Below are positions 1-9,576 of a stretch of 64,000 nt of DNA, piece after piece. The notes under the pieces are model-generated. The model was not told the origin of the DNA and ran no database searches. It saw nothing but the letters and a program-made list of their open reading frames with translations. The DNA is from an uncultured Eubacteriales bacterium (GTDB lineage Bacteria; Bacillota; Clostridia; Oscillospirales; CAG-272). The position numbers and the translations under genes were made by a program. The stretch is taken from contig CATYXQ010000002.1 of assembly GCA_958414825.1 (NCBI GenBank), forward strand, positions 7,492-71,491, given 5' to 3'. Numbering within the stretch: the stretch's first letter is position 1; every line of letters begins with the position of its first letter.

Positions 1-129
1 GTTGTCGCGGCTATGGAAAAGGAGCTTCAGGCGCTCGCGGACAAATAAGGAAATAGAAAACAGTACGTTTTGGCGCTCCCTTCGGGAAGGCTCTCGAGGG
101 GGGCGCATTTTAGAATACGGAGGTGCAGG

Positions 130-1116
130 ATGGAAGTTCGGGCTTTGAAAAATCCGAAAAAGCAAAACAGGCTGATTGCCGCATTCTTTCGCCGCGACGT
201 CGAGGGAAAGATCCATCTGAACGATGCGTTCTTCGGTTTTCTGCTGACCGTTCCGGCCATTGCCGTTTTGGTTCTGGTCATTGCCGCCCCTATCCTCAAG
301 GGGATTTACATGAGCTTTATGGATTATGGCCTCAAAGAGGTCAGCGGCAAGGCGGAGCCGGTGTGGAACCATTTTAAAAATTATACGGATTTGTTCGTCA
401 AAGGCGGAATCAGCGGAAATGTCGTCGATTATTTTTTCACAACGCTTGCTTTTGTATTTTGGACGGTGGCCGTGCAGTTTGTTATTGGGCTTGCCCTTGC
501 GCTGCTGCTGAATACCAGGCTGCGGGGCAGGGGGCTTTTCCGCGGGTTGTTTCTGATTCCCTGGACGATCCCCTCCGTTGTCGTTGCGCTGATTTGGCGG
601 CTGATGCTGAATAACAGCTACGGGATTATCAACTGGATGCTGAATAAAATCGGACTCATTGAAACGACCTCTTTCGACTGGCTGAACAGTCCGACGTTCG
701 CGCTTGCCGCCGTGGTGATCGCCGCAGTATGGCGGCAGCTTCCCTATATGATGGTTATGCTGCTCGCCGGTCTGCAATCGGTTGACAAGTCGCAGCTTGA
801 GGCGGCGCGCATTGACGGCGCAAATTATTTTCAAACGCTTGGCCATGTAATCATTCCGACCATGAAACCGGTTATTTTCTCCTCGGTTTGGATCGCCGTC
901 ATGAACAATTTTCAGATGTATACCATCATCAATCTGATGACGGGCGGCGGTCCGAGCGAAGCGACCTATACGCTTTCTATCGCCGCATACGAGAAAGCCT
1001 TCACCGACTATAACTTCGGCCAGGGCGCGGCCATCGGCGTTTTGTGGCTGATCTTCCTTACCGCCGTAACCGTAGTTTTCAACCGCCGCAGCGCGAAAAG
1101 CGCGGAAAATCTGTAA
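130..1116 (+). CDS. Carbohydrate ABC transporter permease (MalF/UgpA type)
   Basis: ORF 70-1116, probable start ATG 130 (MEVRALKNPKK). Multi-TM protein with an EAA-loop-like segment (QSVDKSQLEAARIDGANYFQTLGHVIIP) typical of binding-protein-dependent permeases. A partner permease follows directly. Confidence 0.85.
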   Translation: MEVRALKNPKKQNRLIAAFFRRDVEGKIHLNDAFFGFLLTVPAIAVLVLVIAAPILKGIYMSFMDYGLKEVSGKAEPVWNHFKNYTDLFVKGGISGNVVDYFFTTLAFVFWTVAVQFVIGLALALLLNTRLRGRGLFRGLFLIPWTIPSVVVALIWRLMLNNSYGIINWMLNKIGLIETTSFDWLNSPTFALAAVVIAAVWRQLPYMMVMLLAGLQSVDKSQLEAARIDGANYFQTLGHVIIPTMKPVIFSSVWIAVMNNFQMYTIINLMTGGGPSEATYTLSIAAYEKAFTDYNFGQGAAIGVLWLIFLTAVTVVFNRRSAKSAENL

Positions 1117-1130
1117 AGGGGGGCGCAGCT

Positions 1131-1982
1131 ATGACCAAAACAGGCAGTGCGAAAAAAAAGGCCGGCGCCGCAGTCAAGTACATAGCGCTTGCCGCGCTGA
1201 TTCTCATTTTGCTCTTCCCGATTTACTGGATGCTCATCGGTTCCGTAAGGCCGTACTATGCGCTGATTAGCCTTTCCGACGTCGCCTTTTATCCAAAGGA
1301 CTTTACGATTGAGAACTATGTCAAGATCTTTTCGCAGGCAAAATACATCGGCTATTTCCGCAATAGCTTTATTGTGTCGGGCGGAACCGTGCTTGCGACG
1401 CTTCTGATCGCCATTCCCGCCGCGTATTCTTTTTCCCGCTTTAAGTTTCACGGCAGGGGCGCTGTGCTCAGCGCCGTACAGTCGGTGCAGATGTTCCCTA
1501 TTGTGGTTATTCTTGTATCGCTCTATACGTTTTACAAGCAATGGGGAATGCTGGATACCTATCGCGGCATGATTCTTGCCGACGTGACCTTTGCGCTGCC
1601 GCTGTCGATTACGCTTTTGAAATCCTTTTTTGATACGGTTCCCACAGCGCTTGACGAATCGGCGAAGATCGACGGCGCGGGAAGACTGCGCACGATGGTG
1701 CAGATCATACTGCCGCTGGTTCTGCCCGGTCTGGTCGCGGTCGCGATTTACACCTTTTTAAACGCATGGGACGATTATCTGATGGCGCTTACCATTGCCA
1801 AAACCGACGCCAAACGCACGCTGGCGGTCGGACTTGCGCAGAGCTTTATGGGCGAGTATTCCAACGACTATGGTTCGTTGATGGCGTTCTCCGTGGCGGG
1901 CAGTCTGCCGATTGTGCTTTTGTTTGTTTTCTTTCAGAAGTATATGGTGGAGGGCTTGACCGCAGGCGCTGTAAAGGGGTAA
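1131..1982 (+). CDS. Carbohydrate ABC transporter permease (MalG/UgpE type)
   Basis: ORF 1044-1982. ATG 1131 (MTKTGSAKKK) is preceded by aaagggggg. EAA-like loop LDESAKIDGAGRLRTMVQIILP; 6-TM pattern. Confidence 0.85.
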   Translation: MTKTGSAKKKAGAAVKYIALAALILILLFPIYWMLIGSVRPYYALISLSDVAFYPKDFTIENYVKIFSQAKYIGYFRNSFIVSGGTVLATLLIAIPAAYSFSRFKFHGRGAVLSAVQSVQMFPIVVILVSLYTFYKQWGMLDTYRGMILADVTFALPLSITLLKSFFDTVPTALDESAKIDGAGRLRTMVQIILPLVLPGLVAVAIYTFLNAWDDYLMALTIAKTDAKRTLAVGLAQSFMGEYSNDYGSLMAFSVAGSLPIVLLFVFFQKYMVEGLTAGAVKG

Positions 1983-1983
1983 A

Positions 1984-2664
1984 ATGGGAAAATTCAGAAA
2001 ATTTGTACAGGATGCGACGTTCGGCAGCCGCCGCGAGGATGCGGCGCAGATCCCGAAAAGCGGGACCGGTTTGTTCTGGTTTGTTCTCCGCAATCATTAT
2101 TTGCAGATGATCCTGCTGAATTTGCTGTTCGTGGCGCTGTGTCTGCCGGTGGTTACGATTCCCGCCGCCTACAGCGGGCTCATGGCGGTTTTGATGAAAT
2201 GGACGCGGCGCGTGCCGGTGGTAGAGATTCTGCCGACCTTCTTTGCGGAGTTCAAGTCGCATTTTTGGGGCAAGCTCGGGGTTTGGCTTCTGACGGCCGC
2301 CGCGCCGCTGTCCGCCGCCGGGTATGTATATCTTTTCACGGGGAACGAAGCCGCGTTTTACGCGCTGCTGCTGATTTTCAGTTTGGCTGTCTTTCTGCTG
2401 CAATCCTATTTTTTCGCACAGCTGTGCGTTTTGGAACTAAGCGCGGGCGGCGCGCTGAAGAATTCGTTCATTTTGCTCGGCTTGGAATGGAAGCGCACGC
2501 TGAGAATTTTAGCAACGGGCGGGCTTTTGCTCATTCTGTGTGTGGTTCTGACGACGTACATGATTCCGTTTATTCTGCTCTGCGTGTTTTCTCTGACGGC
2601 GCTTTCCGTTTGCTCGGAGACCAGCGCGGTCATTGATTCGCGCCTTTGCGGGAAACCGTCTTGA
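1984..2664 (+). CDS. YesL-like (DUF624) membrane protein associated with sugar ABC operons
   Basis: Starts 2 nt after the previous stop. N-terminus FRKFV...GLFWFVLRNHYLQMILLNLLFVALCLPVVTIPAA resembles the YesL/DUF624 family. Hydrophobic throughout. Confidence 0.7.
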   Translation: MGKFRKFVQDATFGSRREDAAQIPKSGTGLFWFVLRNHYLQMILLNLLFVALCLPVVTIPAAYSGLMAVLMKWTRRVPVVEILPTFFAEFKSHFWGKLGVWLLTAAAPLSAAGYVYLFTGNEAAFYALLLIFSLAVFLLQSYFFAQLCVLELSAGGALKNSFILLGLEWKRTLRILATGGLLLILCVVLTTYMIPFILLCVFSLTALSVCSETSAVIDSRLCGKPS

Positions 2665-2700
2665 CCGCCTTGCGGCTTGCCAAAACGCGCGGAAACGACC

Positions 2701-2745
2701 AAACCGCGCCGGGAAATAGAAAATTTCCCGGCGCGGTTTTTCTGT
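2701..2745 (+). terminator. Intrinsic terminator of the sugar-transport operon
   Basis: Perfect 17-bp inverted repeat aaaccgcgccgggaaat / atttcccggcgcggttt (2701-2717 / 2723-2739) followed by a T run. Confidence 0.75.
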
Positions 2746-2820
2746 CCATAATTTTTGTGAGCATCGGATTTTACTCATCCAATTAATGTGTGATATTTTC
2801 TAACGAAATCGTGAGGATTG

Positions 2821-2849
2821 TTGATTTTTTAGTAAAAATATGATACAAT
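2821..2849 (+). promoter_or_regulatory. Putative sigma-A promoter of the R-M islet
   Basis: TTGATT (2821-2826), 17-nt spacer, TGaTACAAT extended -10 (TACAAT 2844-2849), about 50 nt upstream of the MTase ATG. Confidence 0.5.
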
Positions 2850-2901
2850 ATAAATAACCCATTTTTGTATTTTATGACTTTAGCAATTTGGAGGGAATAC
2901 A

Positions 2902-4131
2902 ATGGCTGTTTGCTATAACAACTTGTGGAAACTTCTTATAGATAAAAATATGAATAAAACAGAATTGAAAGAGGCTGCGGGTATTAGCTTTAATGTGATG
3001 GCTCGAATGGGCAAGAATGAGACCGTTTCCTTTGAAAGTATCGAAAAAATCTGCGCCGCACTGCACTGTAACATCGGCGATATTATAGAGGTTGTTCAGG
3101 AAGAAGAATCCGTTCAGCTACCAAAACCGTTCACTACAATAGAACTGTTTGCCGGTGCAGGAGGATTAGCTCTTGGCATTGAAAAAGCTGGATTTGATAC
3201 ATTAGGACTTATCGAATTCGATAAAGATGCTTCTGACACATTAAAATGTAACCGTCCAAATTGGCGTGTAATCAATGATGATATAGCAAATATTTCCTGT
3301 CTTGATTTGAAAAGATATTTTGGACTTGCCGAGGGAGAACTTGATTTGTTGTCGGGCGGCGCTCCCTGTCAAAGTTTTTCTTATGCAGGAAAGCGATTGG
3401 GGTTGGAGGATGCTCGTGGAACACTCTTTTATCATTATGCAAAGTTCTTGGAGCAATTGCAGCCTAAGATGTTCCTGTTTGAAAATGTTAAAGGATTACT
3501 TACTCACGACAGAGGTTATACTTATAAAACTATTGTTGAAATTTTTGAAAGCACAGGTTATACCATTCAGAAAAAAGTGTTAAATGCATGGGATTATGGC
3601 GTTGCTCAAAAGCGTGAACGACTGATTACAATAGGGATTCGTAACGATTTGAAGGCTCAAATCTCTTTTGAGTTTCCTGCTCCTCATAAATATAAGCCGG
3701 TGCTTAGAGATGTATTGATTGACTGCCCGAAAAGTGAAGGAACGCTCTACTCTGAATATAAAAGAAAAATATTTGAGTTAGTTCCTCCCGGTGGTTATTG
3801 GCGTGATATTCCCGAAGATATAGCAAAGGAATATATGAAAAGCTGTTGGTATATGCAAGGCGGAAGAACTGGAATTTTGCGGAGATTAAGCCTTGACGAG
3901 CCTTCTTTAACCGTTCTTACTTCTCCCAGTCAGAAACAAACGGATCGTTGCCATCCGTTAGAAGCTCGTCCGTTTACTGTTCGTGAAAATGCAAGGTGTC
4001 AGAGTTTCCCTGATGATTGGCAGTTTTGCGGTAGCATAGGACAGCAATATAAGCAGGTTGGAAATGCTGTTCCGATTAATTTAGCATATGATATTGCAAC
4101 GAAAATAAAAGAAGCATTGGAGCGTTTATAA
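2902..4131 (+). CDS. DNA (cytosine-5)-methyltransferase with N-terminal XRE-type HTH domain
   Basis: Motif I FAGAGGLALG, motif IV GGAPCQSFS, motif VI ENVKGLL, motif VIII QKRERLITIG, motif X GNAVP. The first ~65 aa (NLWKLLIDKNMNKTELKEAAGIS...IEKICAALHCNIGDI) look like a cro/C1 HTH. RBS ggaggg. AT-rich codon usage unlike the flanks. Confidence 0.95.
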   Translation: MAVCYNNLWKLLIDKNMNKTELKEAAGISFNVMARMGKNETVSFESIEKICAALHCNIGDIIEVVQEEESVQLPKPFTTIELFAGAGGLALGIEKAGFDTLGLIEFDKDASDTLKCNRPNWRVINDDIANISCLDLKRYFGLAEGELDLLSGGAPCQSFSYAGKRLGLEDARGTLFYHYAKFLEQLQPKMFLFENVKGLLTHDRGYTYKTIVEIFESTGYTIQKKVLNAWDYGVAQKRERLITIGIRNDLKAQISFEFPAPHKYKPVLRDVLIDCPKSEGTLYSEYKRKIFELVPPGGYWRDIPEDIAKEYMKSCWYMQGGRTGILRRLSLDEPSLTVLTSPSQKQTDRCHPLEARPFTVRENARCQSFPDDWQFCGSIGQQYKQVGNAVPINLAYDIATKIKEALERL

Positions 4132-4943
4132 TGTGGAATTTGAACTTTATAAGTGAAGAAGATTTTACAAATCATGTAAAGTCAACTATTGAGAAGTACG
4201 GCGAAAAGCTGGAATCCTTTGATTTGAAGCGTTTTAATAAAAATATTATTGATCCGATTAAGCTTATTTTTGATAAAACAGTTTATCAGTCCTCTTGGGA
4301 TGAAATCGTAAGTAATGAAATCTTCCGTCAAAGGGATAAGTCAAACAATAATGACATCGGATATTTTCATCAGCGTATATTTCAGTACATAGCAAACTGT
4401 CATGTTCCGCCGAACGGAGAAGAAGGCGGTTGGGATGTTATATACGAAAATGCCGATGGAATTGAGATCCCTGACGTCGGTAATGTTCATACCGTATATG
4501 TAGAAATGAAGAATAAGCACAATACAATGAACTCTGCTTCAGCAGGTAAAACCTTTATTAAAATGCAAAACCAGCTTTTAACAGATGACGATTGTGCTTG
4601 TTTCTTGGTTGAAGCAATCGCACAGCGTTCTCAAAATATCAAGTGGGAAACTACTGTTGATAAGAGAAAAGTAGGTCATAAATTGATCCGTAGAGTGAGC
4701 CTTGACCAGTTTTATGCGCTTGTAACAGGGCAAGGAGATGCTTTTTATCAGATATGTATGGTGTTGCCATCTGTAATTGAAAAAGCTGTAAAAGAACTTG
4801 AAGGAACAATTGTACCTCACGACACAGTTATTGATGAATTAAGAGAGATGGCAGTTAAACAGGATATTGCGTCTGAAGATTTAGCAATCGCAATGGCTGT
4901 TTATATGCTTGGATTTGGTAGTTATAAAGGCTTTGCAAAATAA
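4131..4943 (+). CDS. Candidate type II restriction endonuclease, partner of the m5C MTase
   Basis: ATG overlaps the MTase stop (TAATG). PD-(D/E)xK-like pattern GWDVIYE...VYVEMKNK. Same AT-rich composition. My recollection of similarity to the Eco47II/Sau96I endonuclease family is unverified. Confidence 0.6.
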   Translation: MWNLNFISEEDFTNHVKSTIEKYGEKLESFDLKRFNKNIIDPIKLIFDKTVYQSSWDEIVSNEIFRQRDKSNNNDIGYFHQRIFQYIANCHVPPNGEEGGWDVIYENADGIEIPDVGNVHTVYVEMKNKHNTMNSASAGKTFIKMQNQLLTDDDCACFLVEAIAQRSQNIKWETTVDKRKVGHKLIRRVSLDQFYALVTGQGDAFYQICMVLPSVIEKAVKELEGTIVPHDTVIDELREMAVKQDIASEDLAIAMAVYMLGFGSYKGFAK

Positions 4944-4945
4944 CA

Positions 4946-4982
4946 AAATGCCGTGAGTTCAACTAAGAACTCACGGCATTTT
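4946..4982. terminator. Bidirectional intrinsic terminator (R-M islet / rplL)
   Basis: 13-bp stem atgccgtgagttc / gaactcacggcat (4948-4960 / 4967-4979), with an A run on the left and a T run on the right. Lies between convergent genes. Confidence 0.75.
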
Positions 4983-5047
4983 GTTATGATTAGTTTACTT
5001 CCTTGCGAAGTGTTTCCCTTCTGGAATCCTTTTTTAAATCGGCAAAC

Positions 5048-5419
5048 TTATTTTACTTCGACTTCAGCGCCGGCAGCGGTGAGGTCAGCCTTGATCTTCT
5101 CCGCCTCATCCTTGGAAACGCCCTCTTTGATCGTCTTCGGAGCAGCCTCAACGAGATCCTTCGCGTCCTTCAGGCCGAGCCCGGTCAGTTCGCGGACAAC
5201 CTTGATAACGCCAAGCTTCTGCGCGCCGGCAGACTTGAGGATAACGTCAAACTCGGTCTTTTCCTCAGCAGCGGGAGCGGCGGCGCCGGCAGCGGCAACC
5301 GCAACGGGCGCTGCGGATACGCCAAACTCTTCTTCAAGCGCTTTTACAAGGTCTTTCATTTCCAGAATGGTCAGAGTCTTGATCTCTTCCATAATGTTTG
5401 CAATTTTTTCAGTAGCCAT
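5048..5419 (-). CDS. rplL: 50S ribosomal protein L7/L12
   Basis: [34 protein letters not shown], Ala-rich hinge, then C-terminal [25 protein letters not shown]. Confidence 0.97.
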   Translation of the reverse strand: MATEKIANIMEEIKTLTILEMKDLVKALEEEFGVSAAPVAVAAAGAAAPAAEEKTEFDVILKSAGAQKLGVIKVVRELTGLGLKDAKDLVEAAPKTIKEGVSKDEAEKIKADLTAAGAEVEVK

Positions 5420-5487
5420 TTTTCAATCCTCCTATGTGAATCAATATTTTGTAAAAATCATCCGTAAAGCCGGTGACAATAGCCGGA

Positions 5488-6030
5488 TTACGCCTCAGCG
5501 GGCGCTTCGGCGGTCTCAGCCGCTTCGGGCGCGGACTCGCCGCTCTTGTCGATAATCGCCTGCAGCGCATAGCAAAGACCGTACAGCGGCGACTGGAGAC
5601 TGCCCATGATCTTGCCGACCATGACCTCTTTTGAGGGGGTATCCGCCAGTTCCTCGATGGTTGCTACGTCGATAACCTCGCCGTCAACAAACCCGACCTT
5701 GAACTGGAACGGTTCAACTTTCTCGACGTACTCTTTGAGAATCTTGGCGGGTGCAACCGGATCGTTTTCGCTGATGGCAAGGGCGGTCATGCCCTCCAGA
5801 TGCGCCTTCATCGCGCCGTAACCGATCTCGTCACATGCTCTGCCGGTAATGGTGTTCTTCAGAACTCTGTATTCCACGCCTGCCGCACGGAGCGCCGCGC
5901 GGAGTTTGGTGTCGTCCTCCACCGTGATTCCCTGATACTGAACGACGATACCCGCCGCCGCGTTTTTCATCTTTTCGGCCAGCGCGGCGACCATCGCCTG
6001 CTTCTCTTCCAGAATCTTCTTGCTTGGCAT
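5488..6030 (-). CDS. rplJ: 50S ribosomal protein L10
   Basis: KKILEEKQAMVAALAEKMKNAAAGIVVQYQGITVEDDTKLRAALRAAGVEYRVLKNT is typical L10. Sits immediately upstream of rplL. RBS ggaggtg. Confidence 0.97.
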   Translation of the reverse strand: MPSKKILEEKQAMVAALAEKMKNAAAGIVVQYQGITVEDDTKLRAALRAAGVEYRVLKNTITGRACDEIGYGAMKAHLEGMTALAISENDPVAPAKILKEYVEKVEPFQFKVGFVDGEVIDVATIEELADTPSKEVMVGKIMGSLQSPLYGLCYALQAIIDKSGESAPEAAETAEAPAEA

Positions 6031-6053
6031 TGTATTTTCACCTCCGTCGTACC

Positions 6054-6179
6054 AAAAAAATAAATCTTTCTACGGTAAGACGCAGGCATACCGACAGAAA
6101 GATTATAAAAACAGTTTTATAATACATCCCTCGGCAGGAAAGCCATCGGCTTTTACCGGAACCTGCTGTCTTAGGTAAC
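6054..6179 (-). promoter_or_regulatory. L10 (rplJ) leader, probable transcription-attenuation element
   Basis: About 150-nt 5' UTR. Long-range helix ctaagacagcagg / cctgcgtctta encloses internal hairpins. It is followed by a terminator-like hairpin aatctttctgtcggta...taccgtagaaagatt plus a T7 run just before the rplJ RBS. Matches the known Firmicute L10-leader logic; not compared to a covariance model. Confidence 0.55.
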
Positions 6180-6185
6180 ACGAGT

Positions 6186-6214
6186 ATTATAGCAGGCTCT
6201 CTTTAGAAAGTCAA
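6186..6214 (-). promoter_or_regulatory. rplJL promoter
   Basis: On the minus strand: TTGACT (6214-6209), 17-nt spacer, TATAAT (6191-6186). Confidence 0.6.
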
Positions 6215-6402
6215 GCCTGTTTTTGAAATTTGCGGAAAAAATTTTCAGCGCGCATATACGCGGGGCGAACGCCTCGGTTCCCGGAACAAAATATTGCGGT
6301 CGTTCTTATAACATTCACAAAAGGACAGTTGATTTTTGGGAGAATTTGTGCTATAATCCTATGTTAGATTTGTATGCAATTCCACAGAAAAGGAGCGCAT
6401 CC

Positions 6403-7341
6403 ATGCTAAAGGTCGAAAATCTTGTAAAAAAATACGGCCGTGCGACGGCACTCGACGGGATCAGCTTTTCGGTTGAAGCGGGTGAGGTCGTCGGGTTTCT
6501 CGGTCCGAACGGCGCGGGAAAATCCACTACGATGAACATCGTGACCGGGTACATATCCTCCAATTTCGGAGAGGTCTATGTTGACGGCGAGGAGATCCTG
6601 CAAAATCCAACTGCGGCGAAGAAGAAAATCGGCTATCTGCCCGAACAGCCGCCGCTGTACCCCGAAATGACGGTGGACGAATATCTCCGCTTTGTCTATG
6701 AACTGCGGGGCTGTACGCTTCCGCGCCGCGCGCATCTCGATGAAATCTGCGAGGCCGTGCGCATCTCGGACGTGCGCCGCCGCGTGATCCGCAACCTGTC
6801 CAAGGGCTACAGGCAGCGCGTGGGCATCGGTTCGGCGCTTATAGGCAATCCGCCGCTGATTATTCTCGACGAGCCTACAATCGGTCTTGACCCGAAACAG
6901 ATCATCGAAGTGCGGAACTTGATCCGCACGCTCGGACGGTCGCATACCGTGATTTTGAGCACGCATATCCTCTCCGAGGCGCAGGCGGTCTGCGACCGGA
7001 TGATTATCATCAACCACGGTCGCGTCGTCGCGGACGGCAAAACCGAGGAAATCAATAAATTTATTGAGGATAACCGCCGTTACAAGGCTGTTATCTGCGG
7101 TCCGCAGTCCGAGGTGCTTCCGGTGCTGAAAAAACTGCCCGGCGTCATGCTCTGCGAGGCGCTGGCCGAGCGGGACGGCGACGCGGTCGCCTATCTCATC
7201 GAGACGAAGAGCGGCATCGACGTGCGCAAGGCGCTCTTCTATGCGCTGGCCGAGAAGAACTGGCCGCTCTTTGGCCTTGAGCCGGTCGGCATGAGTCTTG
7301 AGGACGTATTTCTCAAAATCGTGGATAAGGAGGAAGCGTGA
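6403..7341 (+). CDS. ABC transporter ATP-binding protein (GldA-like, ABC-2 subfamily)
   Basis: ATG 6403 after aaaaggag. Walker A GPNGAGKST, signature LSKGYRQR, Walker B LIILDEPT. Confidence 0.9.
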   Translation: MLKVENLVKKYGRATALDGISFSVEAGEVVGFLGPNGAGKSTTMNIVTGYISSNFGEVYVDGEEILQNPTAAKKKIGYLPEQPPLYPEMTVDEYLRFVYELRGCTLPRRAHLDEICEAVRISDVRRRVIRNLSKGYRQRVGIGSALIGNPPLIILDEPTIGLDPKQIIEVRNLIRTLGRSHTVILSTHILSEAQAVCDRMIIINHGRVVADGKTEEINKFIEDNRRYKAVICGPQSEVLPVLKKLPGVMLCEALAERDGDAVAYLIETKSGIDVRKALFYALAEKNWPLFGLEPVGMSLEDVFLKIVDKEEA

Positions 7342-8048
7342 TGTTTGCGATTTATAAGCGGGAACTCCGCTCGTATTTTTCCAGCGCGGTCGGCTATGTG
7401 TTTCTGGCCGTTATCGTCGCGCTCAGCGCCGCCGCCTTTTCGGCGACGACCCTGCTTTCGGCTTCTAATGACGTATCGCTGTATTTCAGCCTTATGCTGT
7501 TTATCCTGATGATCGCGCTGCCCGTGCTGACCATGAAGCTGTTTTCGGAGGAGCGCAAGCTGAAGACCGAGCAGCTGCTTCTGACCGCGCCGGTTTCAAT
7601 AGGCGGAATGGTCGCGGCCAAGTTTTTCGCCGCTTTTACCGTTTTTGCGGGCGCCAATCTGCTCTGCTCGCTCTCCTATATCACGCTGTTTTTGTACAGC
7701 GATCCCGAGGGCGGCATTATCTTGGGCAATATCCTTGCGCTGACGCTGGTCGGCGCTGCGTTCATCGCCATCGGCATGTTTGTCTCCGCCCTGACCGAAA
7801 ACCAGCTTGCCGCGGCGATCGGCACGTTCGGCATTCTGCTGTTTTTGCTCTGCATCGGCTTTTTGAATTCGCTGATTCCGTGGTATCCGCTGCGTTTCGT
7901 GCTTTCCTGGTTCTCGATTTACAGCCGCTATGCAAACTTTACCAACGGCTTTTTCGATTTTTCCGCGCTGCTCTATTACGCCTCGGTCTGCTTCATTTTC
8001 CTGTTTCTGACCGCGCGCATCTATGAGCGCCGCCGGTACGGCGCATAA
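7341..8048 (+). CDS. ABC-2 type transporter permease (GldF-like)
   Basis: ATG overlaps the ATPase stop (gTGAtg). 6-TM hydrophobic protein starting MFAIYKRELRSYFSSAVGYVFLAV. Confidence 0.8.
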   Translation: MFAIYKRELRSYFSSAVGYVFLAVIVALSAAAFSATTLLSASNDVSLYFSLMLFILMIALPVLTMKLFSEERKLKTEQLLLTAPVSIGGMVAAKFFAAFTVFAGANLLCSLSYITLFLYSDPEGGIILGNILALTLVGAAFIAIGMFVSALTENQLAAAIGTFGILLFLLCIGFLNSLIPWYPLRFVLSWFSIYSRYANFTNGFFDFSALLYYASVCFIFLFLTARIYERRRYGA

Positions 8049-8061
8049 AGGAGGTGCCCGC

Positions 8062-9576
8062 ATGAACGTACTGAAAAAAAGAAGCTTCAAATACACTTCG
8101 CTCTCGACGGTATTCACCGCGGCGGTGCTGGGCGTTGTCGTGATGCTCAACGTGATCTTTACGGTGCTTGCCGCGCGTTATACGCTGTACGCCGACCTGA
8201 CCGATACCGAACTCTGGACGCTGTCCGACGCGGCCAAGGAGATCATTGCTCAGGCCGAGGGGGATATTACGATCACATTCTGCCATGAGCGCGACTATAT
8301 CGAGTCCTCCGCCACGATGCGCTATATCAACAACACCGCGCTCGAGATCGAAAAAGAGTTTCCGAACGTCACGGTGCGCTATATCAATTCGATTTTAGAG
8401 CCGCAATTGGTATCCAAATACAAGTATACAGACGTTTCCACTATAAAGACGACCAACGTGATTGTGGAAAGCGGCAGCGAATTCCGCGTGTATGCGCCGG
8501 ATGCATTTTTCGTGACCGACCCGACTACCGGATCGACCTGGGCGTACAACGGCGAGGAGATCTTTGCCGCCGCGTTTCTCGCGGTCACGGCTGACGAGAC
8601 GCCCACCGCTTATTTCACCGTAGGTCACGGCGAGTCCGCGCCCGCAGCCTTTATCAATACCATTGTCAAGGCCGGCTTTAACGTCAAGACCATCGACCTC
8701 ACCAAGGAGGAGATCGCCGACGACTGCCGCCTCATTATCATCAACGCGCCGAAATACGATCTTTCGGGCTACAATATCCACGACAAAGACGCGGTGTCCG
8801 AAATTGCCAAGATCGACCGCTTTCTTGAGGACGACGGCACGCTGATGGTATTCAAGGATTCCGATACCGGATACCTTAAAAATTTAGAGGAATTTCTCTA
8901 TGAGTGGGGGATTGTGTTCGGGGACGGCGTCGTTGTGGATACCGCGAACTCGCTCACGGCTGACGGCCGTTCGCTGGTGGCCGCCTATCCGTCGGGTACG
9001 CTTGCCGCAAGCGTGCATTCAGACATCAGCAGCCTGCCCTCCGCGCCCAAAACCATTGTGAAAAACGCGGGGCCTGTCAATGTTTCGCCCCTCTATGTCG
9101 CCGGAATGGACGACGAGGGCGCCGCAACCAACACCTATATCTACGGCGGCAACAACACCTACCGCGAGCTTTCGGCCGTGCTGACCGCCTACCCCTCGGC
9201 GCACCTGAGCGAAAACGGCAAGACGATTGACGCCGCGGGCGGCTACAATCTGATGACCATCACGCGCGATATGAACACGCGGGACAACGATACCTATTAT
9301 TCTTATGTGATGGCGGCGAACACGAGCTATTTCACCTCGGCCGACTATCTTGAGTCCAACGCCTACGCAAACGAGAATATCCTCTACTACGCGCTGCGCG
9401 TAATGGGGCGTGAAAAGGTGCCCTGCGATATTCCGTTCAAGGAGTTTGCGGTCACGAAGATTGAAGATATGACCAGCGCCGAGGCTATGCGCGCCGCCGT
9501 GCTGCTGATTACGGTCATTCCGATCTGCGCTGCGGTCTGCGGCGTGGTCGTGACCACAAGGAGAAAGTATAGATGA
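8062..9576 (+). CDS. GldG-like ABC-transport auxiliary protein
   Basis: ATG 8062 after aaaggagg. N- and C-terminal TM helices flank a large extracytoplasmic domain. Position after the GldA/GldF-like genes fits the Gldg family. Confidence 0.65.
   Translation: MNVLKKRSFKYTSLSTVFTAAVLGVVVMLNVIFTVLAARYTLYADLTDTELWTLSDAAKEIIAQAEGDITITFCHERDYIESSATMRYINNTALEIEKEFPNVTVRYINSILEPQLVSKYKYTDVSTIKTTNVIVESGSEFRVYAPDAFFVTDPTTGSTWAYNGEEIFAAAFLAVTADETPTAYFTVGHGESAPAAFINTIVKAGFNVKTIDLTKEEIADDCRLIIINAPKYDLSGYNIHDKDAVSEIAKIDRFLEDDGTLMVFKDSDTGYLKNLEEFLYEWGIVFGDGVVVDTANSLTADGRSLVAAYPSGTLAASVHSDISSLPSAPKTIVKNAGPVNVSPLYVAGMDDEGAATNTYIYGGNNTYRELSAVLTAYPSAHLSENGKTIDAAGGYNLMTITRDMNTRDNDTYYSYVMAANTSYFTSADYLESNAYANENILYYALRVMGREKVPCDIPFKEFAVTKIEDMTSAEAMRAAVLLITVIPICAAVCGVVVTTRRKYR

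Noticed and set aside
1-48. Open frame VVAAMEKELQALADK* ending at 46-48, possibly the 3' end of the sugar-binding protein gene of the ABC operon.
   Set aside because: Only 15 codons are visible, which is too little to support a feature call.
4953-5555. 200-aa plus-strand ORF (and 5003-5467) overlapping rplL.
   Set aside because: It is antisense to an unmistakable L7/L12 gene, and the translation is Ser/Ala-rich low complexity.
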